A stretch of DNA of 63,820 nt, filler included, from Myxococcota bacterium (GTDB taxonomy: Bacteria > Myxococcota_C > UBA6777), in the NCBI GenBank assembly GCA_023150835.1. It is 4 parts of 4 records of this genome, joined end to end, with 100 filler letters (N's around TTAATTAATTAA, not from the genome) between each part and the next. Parts side by side here need not be neighbours in the genome. Positions count along the whole stretch, not along the records: positions 1 to 19,024 come from JAKLKB010000133.1; 3 more parts are not named here. One strand, given 5' to 3'. The position numbers and the translations under genes were made by a program. A model generated the notes under the pieces. The model was not told the origin of the DNA and did not search any database. It was given only the letters and a program-made list of their open reading frames with translations. This document shows positions 1 through 10,480 of the stretch, in pieces (positions within the stretch are counted from its first letter, which is position 1; each line of letters starts with the position of its first letter).

Positions 1-3
1 GAG

Positions 4-64
4 GTAGGGGCAGGCCCCCGTGCCTGCCCTCGCTCTGTTGCGTCGCTGACCTCTTCATCGCTAT
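4..64 (+). repeat. GTAG-type REP-like palindrome plus ~35 bp conserved tail; near-identical copy at 37803-37864
   Basis: GTAGGGGCAGGCCCCCGTGCCTGCCCT hairpin followed by a tail shared with the 37803 copy; both copies lie at contig starts. Confidence 0.7.
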
Positions 65-169
65 CTGTTTTGAATGAACCCCTCGAGTTTTCGTTGTTTT
101 CTTCAACTGTCATGTAGCGAGTTTCGCAAACACCCTCTCACACAAGCTCTCCCCAAACAAAGACAGATA

Positions 170-1243
170 TCAAGGATGGATCTCGACACGCTGAAGCCCT
201 CGTGTATCGGCTTCGATGGAGATCGAGACATGGGGAAGAAAGGACGAGATGATATCTGCGTTGGTGAGAAGATGGCCGGTGCGCTGGGGAGCGAGAAAGA
301 CCGAAGGGCCTTGTGCAAGAGCCAACGGAAGCAGGAGTTGATCGGCCATCCACTCATCGACGACGGCCTCGCTGCGTAAGAATTGAGCGGCGAGGGCAGC
401 GGCTTCGGCTCCGACTTGTTCGGCTGGACGGCCTTTCCACCCCCACGCTGTAAAGCCCGCACGCAGGGGGCCAAAATGACAGATCACATGGCAGACCGCC
501 CCAACACAAAGCGCATCAGGCTCGCTACACAAGAAAGAGGCGCGAAATCCGAGTTGATGAAGAAGCTCTTGGGCTGCATTTCCCATGCGTTGGGCCACAG
601 GTGCAAGTCCGCTGCTAGGGCGTTTTTGTTCGGGAGGTTGCCCAAACAAGGCGAGGATCGAGATCCGATCGAGATCAGGGCGCTGTTCGTATCGGAAAGG
701 TTGAGGGCGTTGTTTGGATGGGATGGCGGCTTCGATCAGGCCGCCACCACGGGGATAAAAGCCATGTCGATGTAAACGCAAACTCACATCCATTCCGCAC
801 ACCCGTATCATCGGAGCCCATACATTGTTGAGGTAGTCGAATGTTGGGGCTTTATCGACATGGGTTCCTCCCGCTAGGCGAAGAGTCCCACCTTGATCGG
901 ACCACGCCATCGGGTAATACAGCGCATGCAGCAGCAAGGATGTTGCGCCCGCTGTGCCGATATCGATGGAGTGTTCTCCAAAAGGCAGATGGTTTGGGCT
1001 GTAGTGGATGCGTGAAGCGCCGACTTCTGCGCCCTCAACGTGGCCCCCACACAGTCGCGCACTGGCTTCGACGGCAGTCAAGTGTTGTGGGCGCAATCCC
1101 GTTTTTTGTCGACGTGCGCGGATGCGATCCATCGAAAAGGGGATACCAAGGATGTTGGACAGCGAAAGCGAAGAACGCAGCATCTGGCCGCCGCCTTCAC
1201 CAAGCGACCCGTCGATCTCGACGGATGTGTGGGTCGATTCCAT
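170..1243 (-). CDS. rtcA: RNA 3'-terminal phosphate cyclase
   Basis: N-terminal IDGSLGEGGGQMLRSSLSLS, GLRPQHLTAV, GFYPRGGG, and C-terminal DQLLLPLALA...HLLTN motifs typical of RtcA. Confidence 0.93.
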   Translation of the reverse strand: MESTHTSVEIDGSLGEGGGQMLRSSLSLSNILGIPFSMDRIRARRQKTGLRPQHLTAVEASARLCGGHVEGAEVGASRIHYSPNHLPFGEHSIDIGTAGATSLLLHALYYPMAWSDQGGTLRLAGGTHVDKAPTFDYLNNVWAPMIRVCGMDVSLRLHRHGFYPRGGGLIEAAIPSKQRPQPFRYEQRPDLDRISILALFGQPPEQKRPSSGLAPVAQRMGNAAQELLHQLGFRASFLCSEPDALCVGAVCHVICHFGPLRAGFTAWGWKGRPAEQVGAEAAALAAQFLRSEAVVDEWMADQLLLPLALAQGPSVFLAPQRTGHLLTNADIISSFLPHVSISIEADTRGLQRVEIHP

Positions 1244-1377
1244 ATTTCTCTCCGCTTATACGATTTCCGTGAGAAGTGTACACGAAGGGTCGAAGTGATC
1301 CGTTGTAAACGCCCTGTGGTCGGGCAGCCCCCCTGTGGCAGCCCCGACCTCGTTTACGATCGCACCGTTTCGTATGA

Positions 1378-4300
1378 CTAGGGTAGCACAAGTCGCCATT
1401 GACCTTGGCGTCGTCGAAAGAACCAAGCGCCTGCATCGGTTTTGTTGGTCAGGATCAGTTGGTAGCGGATCTGTACGACGCGACCAAGAGAGGGATGGTG
1501 AACCCAAAAGATCCGAGGCGGATCATATAGCGAAGCGTCGTGTCCTTGCTTTTGCAAGATAAAAGAAAAGAGTCGAAACCAAACCAAGGACTTAGCGGGG
1601 GGAACGCTTGGATCAAGGATGTGGCTCCATGCAGAGAAATCGCCGTTGCGAAGGGCTGCAAAGGCGAGGCGGGCATTGCGTGCGACGTGTCTGCGGATGG
1701 CGAAGCTGCGGACGCGTTGGAGGATGATCAGTTTGTTGGGGCGCTTGGGGCGGCGATATACGCGTTTAGGAGGGGGTGGTTGCGTGGGGGGGACGGGAGG
1801 ATGGGTCGGGGTGGGTTGGCCCTGAGGGGGCTGATCTTGGGGTGGATTGGGTTGAGGGGGCGTAGGAACTTGGGGGGCGGCGAGGGAGCGCAGACCTTTT
1901 TGCATACGAGCGATGGAGAGCTTGCGCATGATAGAAGTGACGATCCCAGAGATGCCGCGTTGGACGAGGAAGTTGTAGGTTTCTTGGTCGAGAACGGAGG
2001 GAGTAAGGACGAAGAGTTTGAGCAGGAAGCGATCGTTGGGGAAAGGTCGGGAGAGGGCGAGGATCCTCCATTCTTGGAGGGAGATCGGTCGTGGGGAGAC
2101 GTTGAAGTAGAGGCGTATTTGGTTGCGGGTGGCTTCGTCTTGGGCTTGTTCGAGCAGGATCTGGCCGACGCCGAAGGTGATACCTGGCAGGCCGCTTTGG
2201 TAGGCGACCTTGGCGAGGCGTTTTCCGGCGGTGAGAGCGAGGGGATTGCGAGAGAAAGAGCCGAGCAAAGCTCCCCATGTTCCGAGCAGAAAGAGGATCT
2301 TGATTTTTTGGAGTTGTCCCGTTGCACCACGATCGACGCATTGTCCGCCAACGTAGATGGTATAAGCATCAGGGGTCGAGCCCAAGATCGCGTGACTGTC
2401 TAAGAATTGGATGTAGGCGTTCCAACCTTTGTCGAGATCGTTGGTGGCGTGATAGGCTTGGAGGAGGATGCTGTGGAGGAAGGGGTGGTAAGGGTATTTT
2501 TCTTTGAGAGATTCGAGCGAAGGGACGGCGGTTTCGTATTGTTTGAGCATGATCTGGCCGTGATATTCGGAGATCTTGAGGTCTACTTCGTTGGGTGCGA
2601 TGCGTTGGGCTTTGCGGTAGGCTTCGATGCTTTCGAAGTATCGGCCAGCAGAGAAAAGGATCTGCCCACGCGTGCTGAGTCCGAAGGAGAGGATGCCGCG
2701 AGTCAGTTGGTGTGCTTTGTTGGCGTCTTCGAGGGCTTGTGGGTATTTGGATTGGGCCGCGAGCAGGCGGGCGCGCAAGAGATAAGGCGAGTAATAACCG
2801 GGCTGTTGTTGGATCATCTTGTTGATCAGGTAGGTGGCGGTGGAGAAGTCACGTTTTTCGAGAGAGATGCTGGCGAGCAGCTCAAGGAGGGTGGAGTGGT
2901 CGGGGTCTTGGCGTAGGCCGTTGTCTGCCCATTGACGGGCTTTTTGAAGCATCTTGTCTTGTTGGTCATCTTGGAACTTGTAGGATTCGCCGAGATAGAA
3001 CTGGGCGAGTCCTGCGTAGGCAGCGGCGAGGCGAGGATCTTGTTGGGCAGCGCGTTGGAAGGCTCGGATGGCGGGTTCGTGATAGCCTTGTGCATACCAA
3101 TAGGTGGCGAGATCGTACCATTGGAAGGCAGAGAGGGGGCTTTTGGGTACGGCGAGGTAATCGGGGAAGTGTTGCCAGACAAGATCGATGGGGATGGCGT
3201 AGTAGTAGCCGAGTCCCATTGCAGGGCGGGCGAGGGATTTGTCGAAGATGCCGACCCATGTGTTGATGCCGACGGCAGCACCTGTTTCGAGGTGATAGAG
3301 GGGGCCACCGCTGTTTCCGCCGGCGACTTTTGCGGTGTGTTGGATCTCGTTGACGGTGCGGTTGGTGAGGCGGATCAGACGGGAGATCGTGCCAGAAGTG
3401 GCGGTGATATCCTCAGTGCCCATGTATCCGATGCTATGGCCTTCGGTGGGGAAGCCCATGGCGACGATGTTGTCGCCGAGGGTGGTGGTTTGGATGGAGG
3501 CGAGCGGGGTGTAGGGATAGGGTCCGTCGCCTTCGAGTTTGAGCAGGGCGATATCGATGTGTTGGCGTTGGAAGGTGCGAGAGCGGCCTGTTTTGAAGTC
3601 GTGTTTTTGGGTGGCTTCGCTGAGGGAGCCTTGTCGATAGGCGTGGATCAAGCGGGCTTTGGTGGCGCTTCGCCCTGTACTACGGTCCCAATTGACCATA
3701 AAGCGTTCGAAGAAGCGGCCTATTCGGCTGTTGAAGATGACGTGGTGGTTGGTAATGACGTAGCCATCAGGGGTGACGACAAAGCCGCTGCCGCTGCCTC
3801 CAATAAGCCTTCCTTCGGCGTCTTTGCCGTAGGCGGAGATGCTGACGGTGGCGGGGATCTTGGATTGGATGATCTGTTGTTTGGTTTGGGGGGTGGCGAG
3901 TCTTGGAGCGCGATAAGCCTGTAGCGGCGGCTGTATTTGAAACGATTGGAGGATGGTTTTTGCTTGCGCATCAAAAGCGTCGAAGGTTTCGGGCTGTGAA
4001 AAGACACGGAGGATCATAAAGGCCTTGCGACCGTGGCTCCAGAAGAAGAAGAAGCGGCTTTTGTGTGGGTGCGCGCTGGTGCGATCTTGTCCTCGGATCA
4101 AGGTGGTGGCGGTTTGGAGGGCGTGAAGTTTTTCGGTGCGCAGAGGTGTTTCTTGTCGGAGTTGATCTTCGGAGGCCAAGAGGTTGGAGATGGAAACTTG
4201 GGCGAGTTCGGCCTCGTTGCGCATACGGATCTCAGGGCTGCTTTGGGAGATATACTCGGTAAAGAGACAGATGCCTTGTTTGAGTTGGCCGGTATAGAGG

Positions 4301-5193
4301 GTGTTTTCAGGCGTAAAGCACACGACAGGACGGATATCGGTGGGAGATATCTCTTCGAGGACGTGCCAGCCCGAGGGGACGGCGAATTGAAAGAAGCCGG
4401 AGGCTGAGCGATAGATGCCATCGGAAGGGGGATAGGCGCGTTTGGCTTCGCGCTGTTGGAGGGCGCGTTCGCGATCGCTGAGAGGTCTTTGAGAGGTGGG
4501 CAGAGGTGGATTGGTCGAAGGCATCGGTGGGGCGGGCGTTTGTGAAGGGAGGATTGGTTGTGAGGGATCGATCGGAGCAGGGGAGGGCTGGGCGGGCGTG
4601 GGGGAGGGTTGGTCAGGGTTCGGTGGGGCGGGCGTTTGTGAAGGGAGGATGGTGGGGGAAGGATCCACAGGGGTAGGGGGGGAAAGTGATTTTTGTTTGA
4701 GCTTGTGGATGAGTTGGAGTGTGGGGATGGAGAGTCCGTCGCGGTTGAGTTCGAGGAGTTGTAGAGCGGAGAAGTCGGAATGGAGGACACCGCGAAGGGT
4801 GAGTTGTTGTTGAATCCACGCTTCGTTTTTGCGTTGGGCGAGCCACGATTTCAAGAGGGCGAAAGAGACGGGCTTTGGTGCAGAAACGGCAGGCGCACCG
4901 ATGCCCATCAGGCGAAGGAGGCGAGGGCTGAGGCCCTTTTGTCGGAGTTGGAGGGTTTGGGTGGGAGTGAGGCCAAACTTGCCCTTCATGCCGGACTGTT
5001 CGATGTGTTGGAGCAATTGTTGTTCGGTATAACCGATGTCGACGAGCAGAAGGATATCTTGGACGGTGAGTTTCTTTTGCGCCGCTGTATCCGATGGAAG
5101 AAACAGCAGTGTGTGAAGAGCGATAGCGAGCACAAAGGCCAGAGAACGAAAGAAAACAAACAGTAGAGAGGGTGGTGGCGTGCGTTGAAGCAT
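1378..5193 (-). CDS. Secreted trypsin-like (S1) serine protease with TPR repeats, paralog 1
   Basis: Signal peptide ending TAA-Q; catalytic motifs TNHHV, HIDIALLKL, GGNSGGPL; TPR-like helices C-terminal to the protease; Pro-rich linkers. Confidence 0.85.
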   Translation of the reverse strand: MLQRTPPPSLLFVFFRSLAFVLAIALHTLLFLPSDTAAQKKLTVQDILLLVDIGYTEQQLLQHIEQSGMKGKFGLTPTQTLQLRQKGLSPRLLRLMGIGAPAVSAPKPVSFALLKSWLAQRKNEAWIQQQLTLRGVLHSDFSALQLLELNRDGLSIPTLQLIHKLKQKSLSPPTPVDPSPTILPSQTPAPPNPDQPSPTPAQPSPAPIDPSQPILPSQTPAPPMPSTNPPLPTSQRPLSDRERALQQREAKRAYPPSDGIYRSASGFFQFAVPSGWHVLEEISPTDIRPVVCFTPENTLYTGQLKQGICLFTEYISQSSPEIRMRNEAELAQVSISNLLASEDQLRQETPLRTEKLHALQTATTLIRGQDRTSAHPHKSRFFFFWSHGRKAFMILRVFSQPETFDAFDAQAKTILQSFQIQPPLQAYRAPRLATPQTKQQIIQSKIPATVSISAYGKDAEGRLIGGSGSGFVVTPDGYVITNHHVIFNSRIGRFFERFMVNWDRSTGRSATKARLIHAYRQGSLSEATQKHDFKTGRSRTFQRQHIDIALLKLEGDGPYPYTPLASIQTTTLGDNIVAMGFPTEGHSIGYMGTEDITATSGTISRLIRLTNRTVNEIQHTAKVAGGNSGGPLYHLETGAAVGINTWVGIFDKSLARPAMGLGYYYAIPIDLVWQHFPDYLAVPKSPLSAFQWYDLATYWYAQGYHEPAIRAFQRAAQQDPRLAAAYAGLAQFYLGESYKFQDDQQDKMLQKARQWADNGLRQDPDHSTLLELLASISLEKRDFSTATYLINKMIQQQPGYYSPYLLRARLLAAQSKYPQALEDANKAHQLTRGILSFGLSTRGQILFSAGRYFESIEAYRKAQRIAPNEVDLKISEYHGQIMLKQYETAVPSLESLKEKYPYHPFLHSILLQAYHATNDLDKGWNAYIQFLDSHAILGSTPDAYTIYVGGQCVDRGATGQLQKIKILFLLGTWGALLGSFSRNPLALTAGKRLAKVAYQSGLPGITFGVGQILLEQAQDEATRNQIRLYFNVSPRPISLQEWRILALSRPFPNDRFLLKLFVLTPSVLDQETYNFLVQRGISGIVTSIMRKLSIARMQKGLRSLAAPQVPTPPQPNPPQDQPPQGQPTPTHPPVPPTQPPPPKRVYRRPKRPNKLIILQRVRSFAIRRHVARNARLAFAALRNGDFSAWSHILDPSVPPAKSLVWFRLFSFILQKQGHDASLYDPPRIFWVHHPSLGRVVQIRYQLILTNKTDAGAWFFRRRQGQWRLVLP

Positions 5194-5366
5194 CGGCGAT
5201 CTCCGAAAAGAGGGGAAGGGATCGAGGCGAAGGGGACGACTGGGGGCGGCTTAGGCGAAATTCGCCTGTTTTGTGATCGTGAAGAGGTCGGGGCATTCCC
5301 CTGTAGGTGCCCTATAATAGGGCACCTACGCACTTTTCTTCGTTCACGCATCACTTGGATATCGTA

Positions 5367-8300
5367 TTAAAAGGAGTACCAGCGGCTTTGGTAGAGGCAA
5401 AACTGCCAGTAGTAGTGTTGGATCGGTTTGCCTTCTCCGATGCGGGCAGGGAACCAAAATCGTGCAACACGTCCATACTTGGGGTCGTTGGCCCATGTGA
5501 TGACGTAAGGGTTGGGGATGCTGTAAACAAAAGCTCCGTTGCGGTAGCCGTTGTGGAGGAGTTGAAAGATCTTGGCGATCTGGGCGCGGTCGGTGAGGCG
5601 GGGGTCGTACATGGCATTCCAGATATCGTAATCACCGCTTTGGAGTGCGCGAAAGAGCATGCCTGAGTTGTTGGTGATCTGGGCGCGGATGCTAGGCGAT
5701 TGGATGGGGGTTCCGAAGCGAGGGTCTTGTTGGATTGGCTGGTTGGGTTGTTGGGGCTGGTTGGGTTGTTGGGGCTGGTGGGGGGGTTGGTGGGGGGGTT
5801 GTTGAGCCGTGGCGGGAACAGCGATGGGGCGGACACCTTTGGCGAGGCGTGCGCTTGCGATCTTGATGAAGATGGCGAGGCTCTGGCCGGAGAGTCCGTT
5901 GCGTTGAAGAAGAGTGAGGGTGTTTTGATCGATCACGGAGGGGGTGAGGATGAGCAGTTTGAGCAGAAAGCGGTCGCTCATGACGGGTCGAGAAAGCCCG
6001 AGTATCCGCCATTCTTGGAGCGAGATCGGTTGGGAAGGGAAGCGCTGAAGAAGGTTTGCGATGGTTTGTTGATCTTTTTCGGTTTTGACCTGTTCTTGAA
6101 GGATACGAAGGATCCCATAAGCGACGCCGGGCATATTGTTTTTGCGTGCAAGGACAGCGAGTTTGGCGGCAGCAGCGATGCCATAAGGACTGCGAGAAAA
6201 AGATCCAACGATCTCACCCCATGTACCGAACAAGAAAAGGGATTTGTATGTTTCGTTCGCGACTGAGGCGCGTTCGATACAGGTTCCGACGGTAAAGATG
6301 GTAAACGGATCACGCGTGACGTTGCGGATCTGGGTGCTTTTGAAGTAATTCATGTAGGTTGCAAAGCATTTGTTGATCTCGTTTTGCTGTTGATAAGTGA
6401 TGACAAGGAGACTTTGTAGTTCTGGGTCATAGGGGTGTTGTTCAAGGAGTTTTTCCATTTGAGGAACACCCACATCAAATTGTTTGAGCAGGATCTGGCC
6501 GAAGAGTTCGTAGAGTTGGAATCGGAGGTTTTTGGGGGCGATGCGTTGGGCTTTGCGGTAGGCTTCGATGCCTTCGTAGAATCGGCCAGAGGCGTAAAGG
6601 ATCTGTCCTCGCAGAGAATGTCCGTAGGGGATAAAGCCTTGACCGAGGCGATGGACTTGTTGTGCGTCTTGGAGGGCTTCGGTGTATTTTTTCTGGGATT
6701 TGTGGAGTGTGCTGCGAAGAAAGAAAGGGGTCCAGTCCCCGGGTTGTTGTTGGATCATCTTGTTGAGGATGTAGTGTGCGGTGGAAGCGTCTTGTTTTTC
6801 GATGGCAACGCGGGCAAGGAGTGTCATGAGGGGATAATTGTCGGGATCGATTTGGAGGCCACGATCGGCCCATTGACGGGCTTTTTGGAGTAGTTTGTCT
6901 TGTTGATCGTCTTGAAAGCGGCTAGAGCGGAGGAGATAAAGCTGGGCGATACCGGCGTAGGCGGAGGCATAGTTTGGATCTTTTTGTTGTGCGCGTTGGA
7001 AAGCGCGCATGGCGGGTTCTTCGTATCCTTTGGAAAACCAGAGCGAGCCGAGTTCGAACCATTGGGCGGCAGAGAGGTTTTGTTGGGGTACGGCGAGGTA
7101 ATCGGGGAAGTATTTCCAGACGAGGTCGATGGGGATGGCGTAGTAGTAGCCGAGTCCCATGCCGGGGCGGGCGAGGGATTTGTCGAAGATGCCTCCCCAC
7201 GTATTGATGCCGACGACCGCGTTGGTCTCGCGATGATAGAGGGGACCACCGCTGTTTCCGCCGGCGATCTTGGCGGTGTGTTGGATCTCGTTGACGGTGC
7301 GATCGGGGAGTCGGATTAGGCGGGATATCGCGCCGGAAGTGGCGGTGATATCTTCGGTGCCCATGGATTCGATGCTACGGCCTTCGGTGGGGAAGCCCAT
7401 GGCCACGATGTTGTCGCCGAGGGTGGCGGTTTGGATGGAGGCGAGCGGAGTATAGGGATAGGGTCCATCGCCTTCGAGTTTGAGCAGAGCGATATCGACG
7501 TGTTGGCGTTGGAAGGTGCGAGAACGGCCTGTTTTGAAGTCGTGTTGTTGGGTAGCTTGTCGGAGGGAGTCTTGGTGGTAGGCGTGAAGCAAGCGGGCTT
7601 TGACGGATTGTCGGTCGGTGCCGCGATCCCAGTTGACACGGTAGTGTTGGATGAACTGGCCGCTTTTTCTGTCAAAGACAACGTGGTGGTTGGTGATGAC
7701 GTAGCCATCGGGAGAGACGACAAATCCGCTACCTGCGGCGACGTAGACGATCTTGCCCTCTTTGTTGCGAAAGCCGAGGCTGATACTGACGGTGGTGTGG
7801 AGCTTGGACTGGATGATTTGTTGGCGGGTTGCAGCGTTTTCAAGTCGGGGCGCGCTGTATTGAAGGAGTGGATCGAGGAGTTTGAACGAAGCGAGGAAGG
7901 CGTTGGCTTGTTTGGAGAAGGCATCAAACTGTGCGGGCGTTGCGTAGATTTGGATGTAGAAGAGGGTTTGTTTGTGGCGTAAGAAGAGGTAGCGAGTGCG
8001 GAGTACGTGTTGGTGAGCGCGTTCTTGGCCTTCGAAGGTGGCGGTCCATGCGGGGCGTTGTGCGAGGGTGGTTTGTTGGAGGGGGGAGAGCTGTTTGACT
8101 TGATCTTCGCGAGCGAGGAAGCGTTGTGTACCGAGTTGTGCGAGTTCTTTGAGGGTACGATCAGCGAGATCGTTGTCGTTGTGGGAGAGATATTCGAGGG
8201 TGAAAGTGACGCCTTGTTGGAGTGCGGCAGGCTGGGGATTTTTTTCGGGGCTGAAATGGACGGTGGGAGCGAGGGCGTCGGGCAGGACTTCTTCGTAGAG

Positions 8301-9011
8301 ATACCACGACGTTGGGGGCTGGATGGAGTAGAGGCGGGTGAGGTTGATGTAGGGGGTTTGGGGCGCGGGGATGGGCTGCGCGGTGCGAGAACGCAAGAGT
8401 TGTTCACGTTCGCTGAGAGGGCGGACGGTTGGGGCTGTGGGGAGGACGGGAAGGACGGGCAGAGAAGGATCGGAGGGAGGGAGTTGTGGGGTGGGTAGGG
8501 GAGTGGGTGATTTTTGTTTGAGTTTGTGGATGAGTTGAAGGGTGGGGATGGAGAGTCCGTCGCGGTTGAGTTCGAGGAGTTGGAGCGCGGAGAAGTCGGA
8601 GGGAAGGATACCGCGAAGGGTGAGCTGTTGTTGAATCCATGCTTCATCTTTGCGTTGGGCGAGCCACGATTTTAAGAGGGCGAAAGAGACGGGCTTTGGT
8701 GCAGAAACGGCAGGCGCGCCGATGCCCATCAGGCGAAGGAGGCGAGGGCTGAGGCCCTTTTGTCGGAGTTGGAGGGCTTGGGCGGGAGTGAGGCCAAACT
8801 TGCCCTTCATGCCGGACTGTTCGATGTGTTGGATTAGCTGTTCTTCGGTATAACCGACGTCGACGAGCAGGAGGATATCTTGGACGGTAAGTTTCTTTTG
8901 CGCCCTTGCATCGGGGGGAATAGAAAGGAGGCAGCCGAGAAATACGCTCAAGAGCAGGGTCAGGCAGCAGAGCCTTGCGAAAAAGCGGTGGGTACGTTGC
9001 GTTGGAGGCAT
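5367..9011 (-). CDS. Secreted trypsin-like (S1) serine protease with TPR repeats, paralog 2
   Basis: Start moved to ATG at 9011 (GAGGAG upstream, MPPTQ.. signal peptide); motifs TNHHV, HVDIALLKL, GGNSGGPL; same architecture as 1378-5193. Confidence 0.85.
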   Translation of the reverse strand: MPPTQRTHRFFARLCCLTLLLSVFLGCLLSIPPDARAQKKLTVQDILLLVDVGYTEEQLIQHIEQSGMKGKFGLTPAQALQLRQKGLSPRLLRLMGIGAPAVSAPKPVSFALLKSWLAQRKDEAWIQQQLTLRGILPSDFSALQLLELNRDGLSIPTLQLIHKLKQKSPTPLPTPQLPPSDPSLPVLPVLPTAPTVRPLSEREQLLRSRTAQPIPAPQTPYINLTRLYSIQPPTSWYLYEEVLPDALAPTVHFSPEKNPQPAALQQGVTFTLEYLSHNDNDLADRTLKELAQLGTQRFLAREDQVKQLSPLQQTTLAQRPAWTATFEGQERAHQHVLRTRYLFLRHKQTLFYIQIYATPAQFDAFSKQANAFLASFKLLDPLLQYSAPRLENAATRQQIIQSKLHTTVSISLGFRNKEGKIVYVAAGSGFVVSPDGYVITNHHVVFDRKSGQFIQHYRVNWDRGTDRQSVKARLLHAYHQDSLRQATQQHDFKTGRSRTFQRQHVDIALLKLEGDGPYPYTPLASIQTATLGDNIVAMGFPTEGRSIESMGTEDITATSGAISRLIRLPDRTVNEIQHTAKIAGGNSGGPLYHRETNAVVGINTWGGIFDKSLARPGMGLGYYYAIPIDLVWKYFPDYLAVPQQNLSAAQWFELGSLWFSKGYEEPAMRAFQRAQQKDPNYASAYAGIAQLYLLRSSRFQDDQQDKLLQKARQWADRGLQIDPDNYPLMTLLARVAIEKQDASTAHYILNKMIQQQPGDWTPFFLRSTLHKSQKKYTEALQDAQQVHRLGQGFIPYGHSLRGQILYASGRFYEGIEAYRKAQRIAPKNLRFQLYELFGQILLKQFDVGVPQMEKLLEQHPYDPELQSLLVITYQQQNEINKCFATYMNYFKSTQIRNVTRDPFTIFTVGTCIERASVANETYKSLFLFGTWGEIVGSFSRSPYGIAAAAKLAVLARKNNMPGVAYGILRILQEQVKTEKDQQTIANLLQRFPSQPISLQEWRILGLSRPVMSDRFLLKLLILTPSVIDQNTLTLLQRNGLSGQSLAIFIKIASARLAKGVRPIAVPATAQQPPHQPPHQPQQPNQPQQPNQPIQQDPRFGTPIQSPSIRAQITNNSGMLFRALQSGDYDIWNAMYDPRLTDRAQIAKIFQLLHNGYRNGAFVYSIPNPYVITWANDPKYGRVARFWFPARIGEGKPIQHYYWQFCLYQSRWYSF

Positions 9012-9324
9012 CAACCTTCTCCTCGTGTGTTGTTTGGGTGTTTTGCTTGATCTGTCCCAATGGATAGACGCGACGTTTGGGTCTGTGGGTGATGGGGATT
9101 TGTTATACGGCAGCGTGGGTGGATTGTGAAGAGGCGAGCAGGGTAAGCAGCAAAGGTCGGTGAATGGGGGTTGCAAGCATTTTTTTTTCTGCCAGTATGA
9201 CGAGGATCGCCGAAGGAAAAGCAAGCGCAAGGGCGATCGATCGAGAGAAGAGGGGTGCTGAAGGATCGCGTTGGAATTGTTGGGGTGTGTGGTTTTTGTG
9301 GATGGAAAGCACGGTAGGTTGTTG

Positions 9325-9924
9325 ATGGTAAAAGAAGAAAAGCTGATCGCGGGGTTGCGTGGAGGCGAAGATTGGGCGTATCGGGAGGTTCTCCAACACT
9401 ACGGGCCTTTGCTGATGGGGTACGCGAAGCGCCTTGTGGGAGATCGCGATGAAGCAGAAGAAGTGGTGCAAGAGACGGTGGTTGCGATCTTACAACACAT
9501 CGAGCGTTTTGAGGGGCGTTGCAGCATCCGCAGTTGGTTGTTTCGGATCGTGCATCACAAAGCGATCGATCATCTGAGGCGGACTGCGCGTTTTGTAAAG
9601 CCTCCCGAAGAAGATCCTTACGCGGAGGCGTTTGATCGGGGAGGGCATTGGAAAGAGACGCCTGCGGCGTGGGGTCACGATCCCGAAGGTCAAGCAGGCG
9701 CACGTCAGATGTTGCACAAGATCCGAGCGGTGATCGATCAATTGCCAAATAATTACAAAGAGATGATTCTGTTGCGCGAGATTTATCAGATGGATACACA
9801 AGAGATCTGTAATGTTTTGGGGATCACATCCGTCCATGCGCGAGTGCTGCTTCACCGCGCTCGACAAGCATTATATAAGCTCTTGGAAGAAACATATCGG
9901 GGTTCCATAGAGTCGATGGATTGA
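9325..9924 (+). CDS. ECF (sigma-70 group 4) RNA polymerase sigma factor
   Basis: AEEVVQET, FEGRCSIRSWLFRIVHHKAIDHLRR (region 2) and LLREI...EICNVLGITSVHARVLLHRARQAL (region 4); ATG at 9325 preferred. Confidence 0.9.
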   Translation: MVKEEKLIAGLRGGEDWAYREVLQHYGPLLMGYAKRLVGDRDEAEEVVQETVVAILQHIERFEGRCSIRSWLFRIVHHKAIDHLRRTARFVKPPEEDPYAEAFDRGGHWKETPAAWGHDPEGQAGARQMLHKIRAVIDQLPNNYKEMILLREIYQMDTQEICNVLGITSVHARVLLHRARQALYKLLEETYRGSIESMD

Positions 9925-9987
9925 CTTATTTTGTGTTTTTTATAGAAAAAATCGTACACGCGACAAGGAGCCGTAGCGAGGAAAAAG

Positions 9988-10296
9988 ATGGATGTGATGC
10001 GTTGTGACGCGATGGTGCGGCGGATCGATCGGATCGTCGACGGTGAGGCGTCTTGGAGTGAAAGACTGGGATTTTACTTTCACATGGCGATATGTTGGAA
10101 GTGTCGGCGTTATCTGCGGCAGTTTCGACAGATGCGGTTGTTGGTGGGGCAGATCCAAGAAGAGATGTTGCCTGAGGACTTTGCTCAAGTGATGGGTCGG
10201 GCGCTTGCTTTGGGTGGGGATCGGTCGGAGCAGGGGCTTGAGGTGGATGATGAAGGTGTGTGGATCGGTCGCCCTGTGTGGATCACGAAGCGTTGA
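9988..10296 (+). CDS. Zinc-binding anti-sigma factor (ZAS / zf-HC2)
   Basis: HxxxCxxC motif (HMAICWKC) directly downstream of the ECF sigma gene. Confidence 0.85.
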   Translation: MDVMRCDAMVRRIDRIVDGEASWSERLGFYFHMAICWKCRRYLRQFRQMRLLVGQIQEEMLPEDFAQVMGRALALGGDRSEQGLEVDDEGVWIGRPVWITKR

Positions 10297-10305
10297 TCGA
10301 AAGCA

Positions 10306-10411
10306 TCGCGGGGTGGGCAGCAACCAGCTCGTTTATCGGCTTTTGCGTCTTATTGAACGTTATTTCAGCCTGTAACGTCGCGGGGTGGGCAGCAACCAGC
10401 TCGTTTATCGG
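10306..10411. repeat. Two identical 34-bp direct repeats separated by 38 bp
   Basis: TCGCGGGGTGGGCAGCAACCAGCTCGTTTATCGG at 10306-10339 and 10378-10411. Confidence 0.8.
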
Positions 10412-10480
10412 GTGCTGTGTGTATCGAAAAGCGTTGATCGAAAGAGGGGTTTGGAGATCGGGGGTAGGCGGAGTGGTTTG

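Noticed and set aside
170-1243. Functional link between rtcA and the unusual tRNA
   Set aside because: Different contigs; no positional evidence
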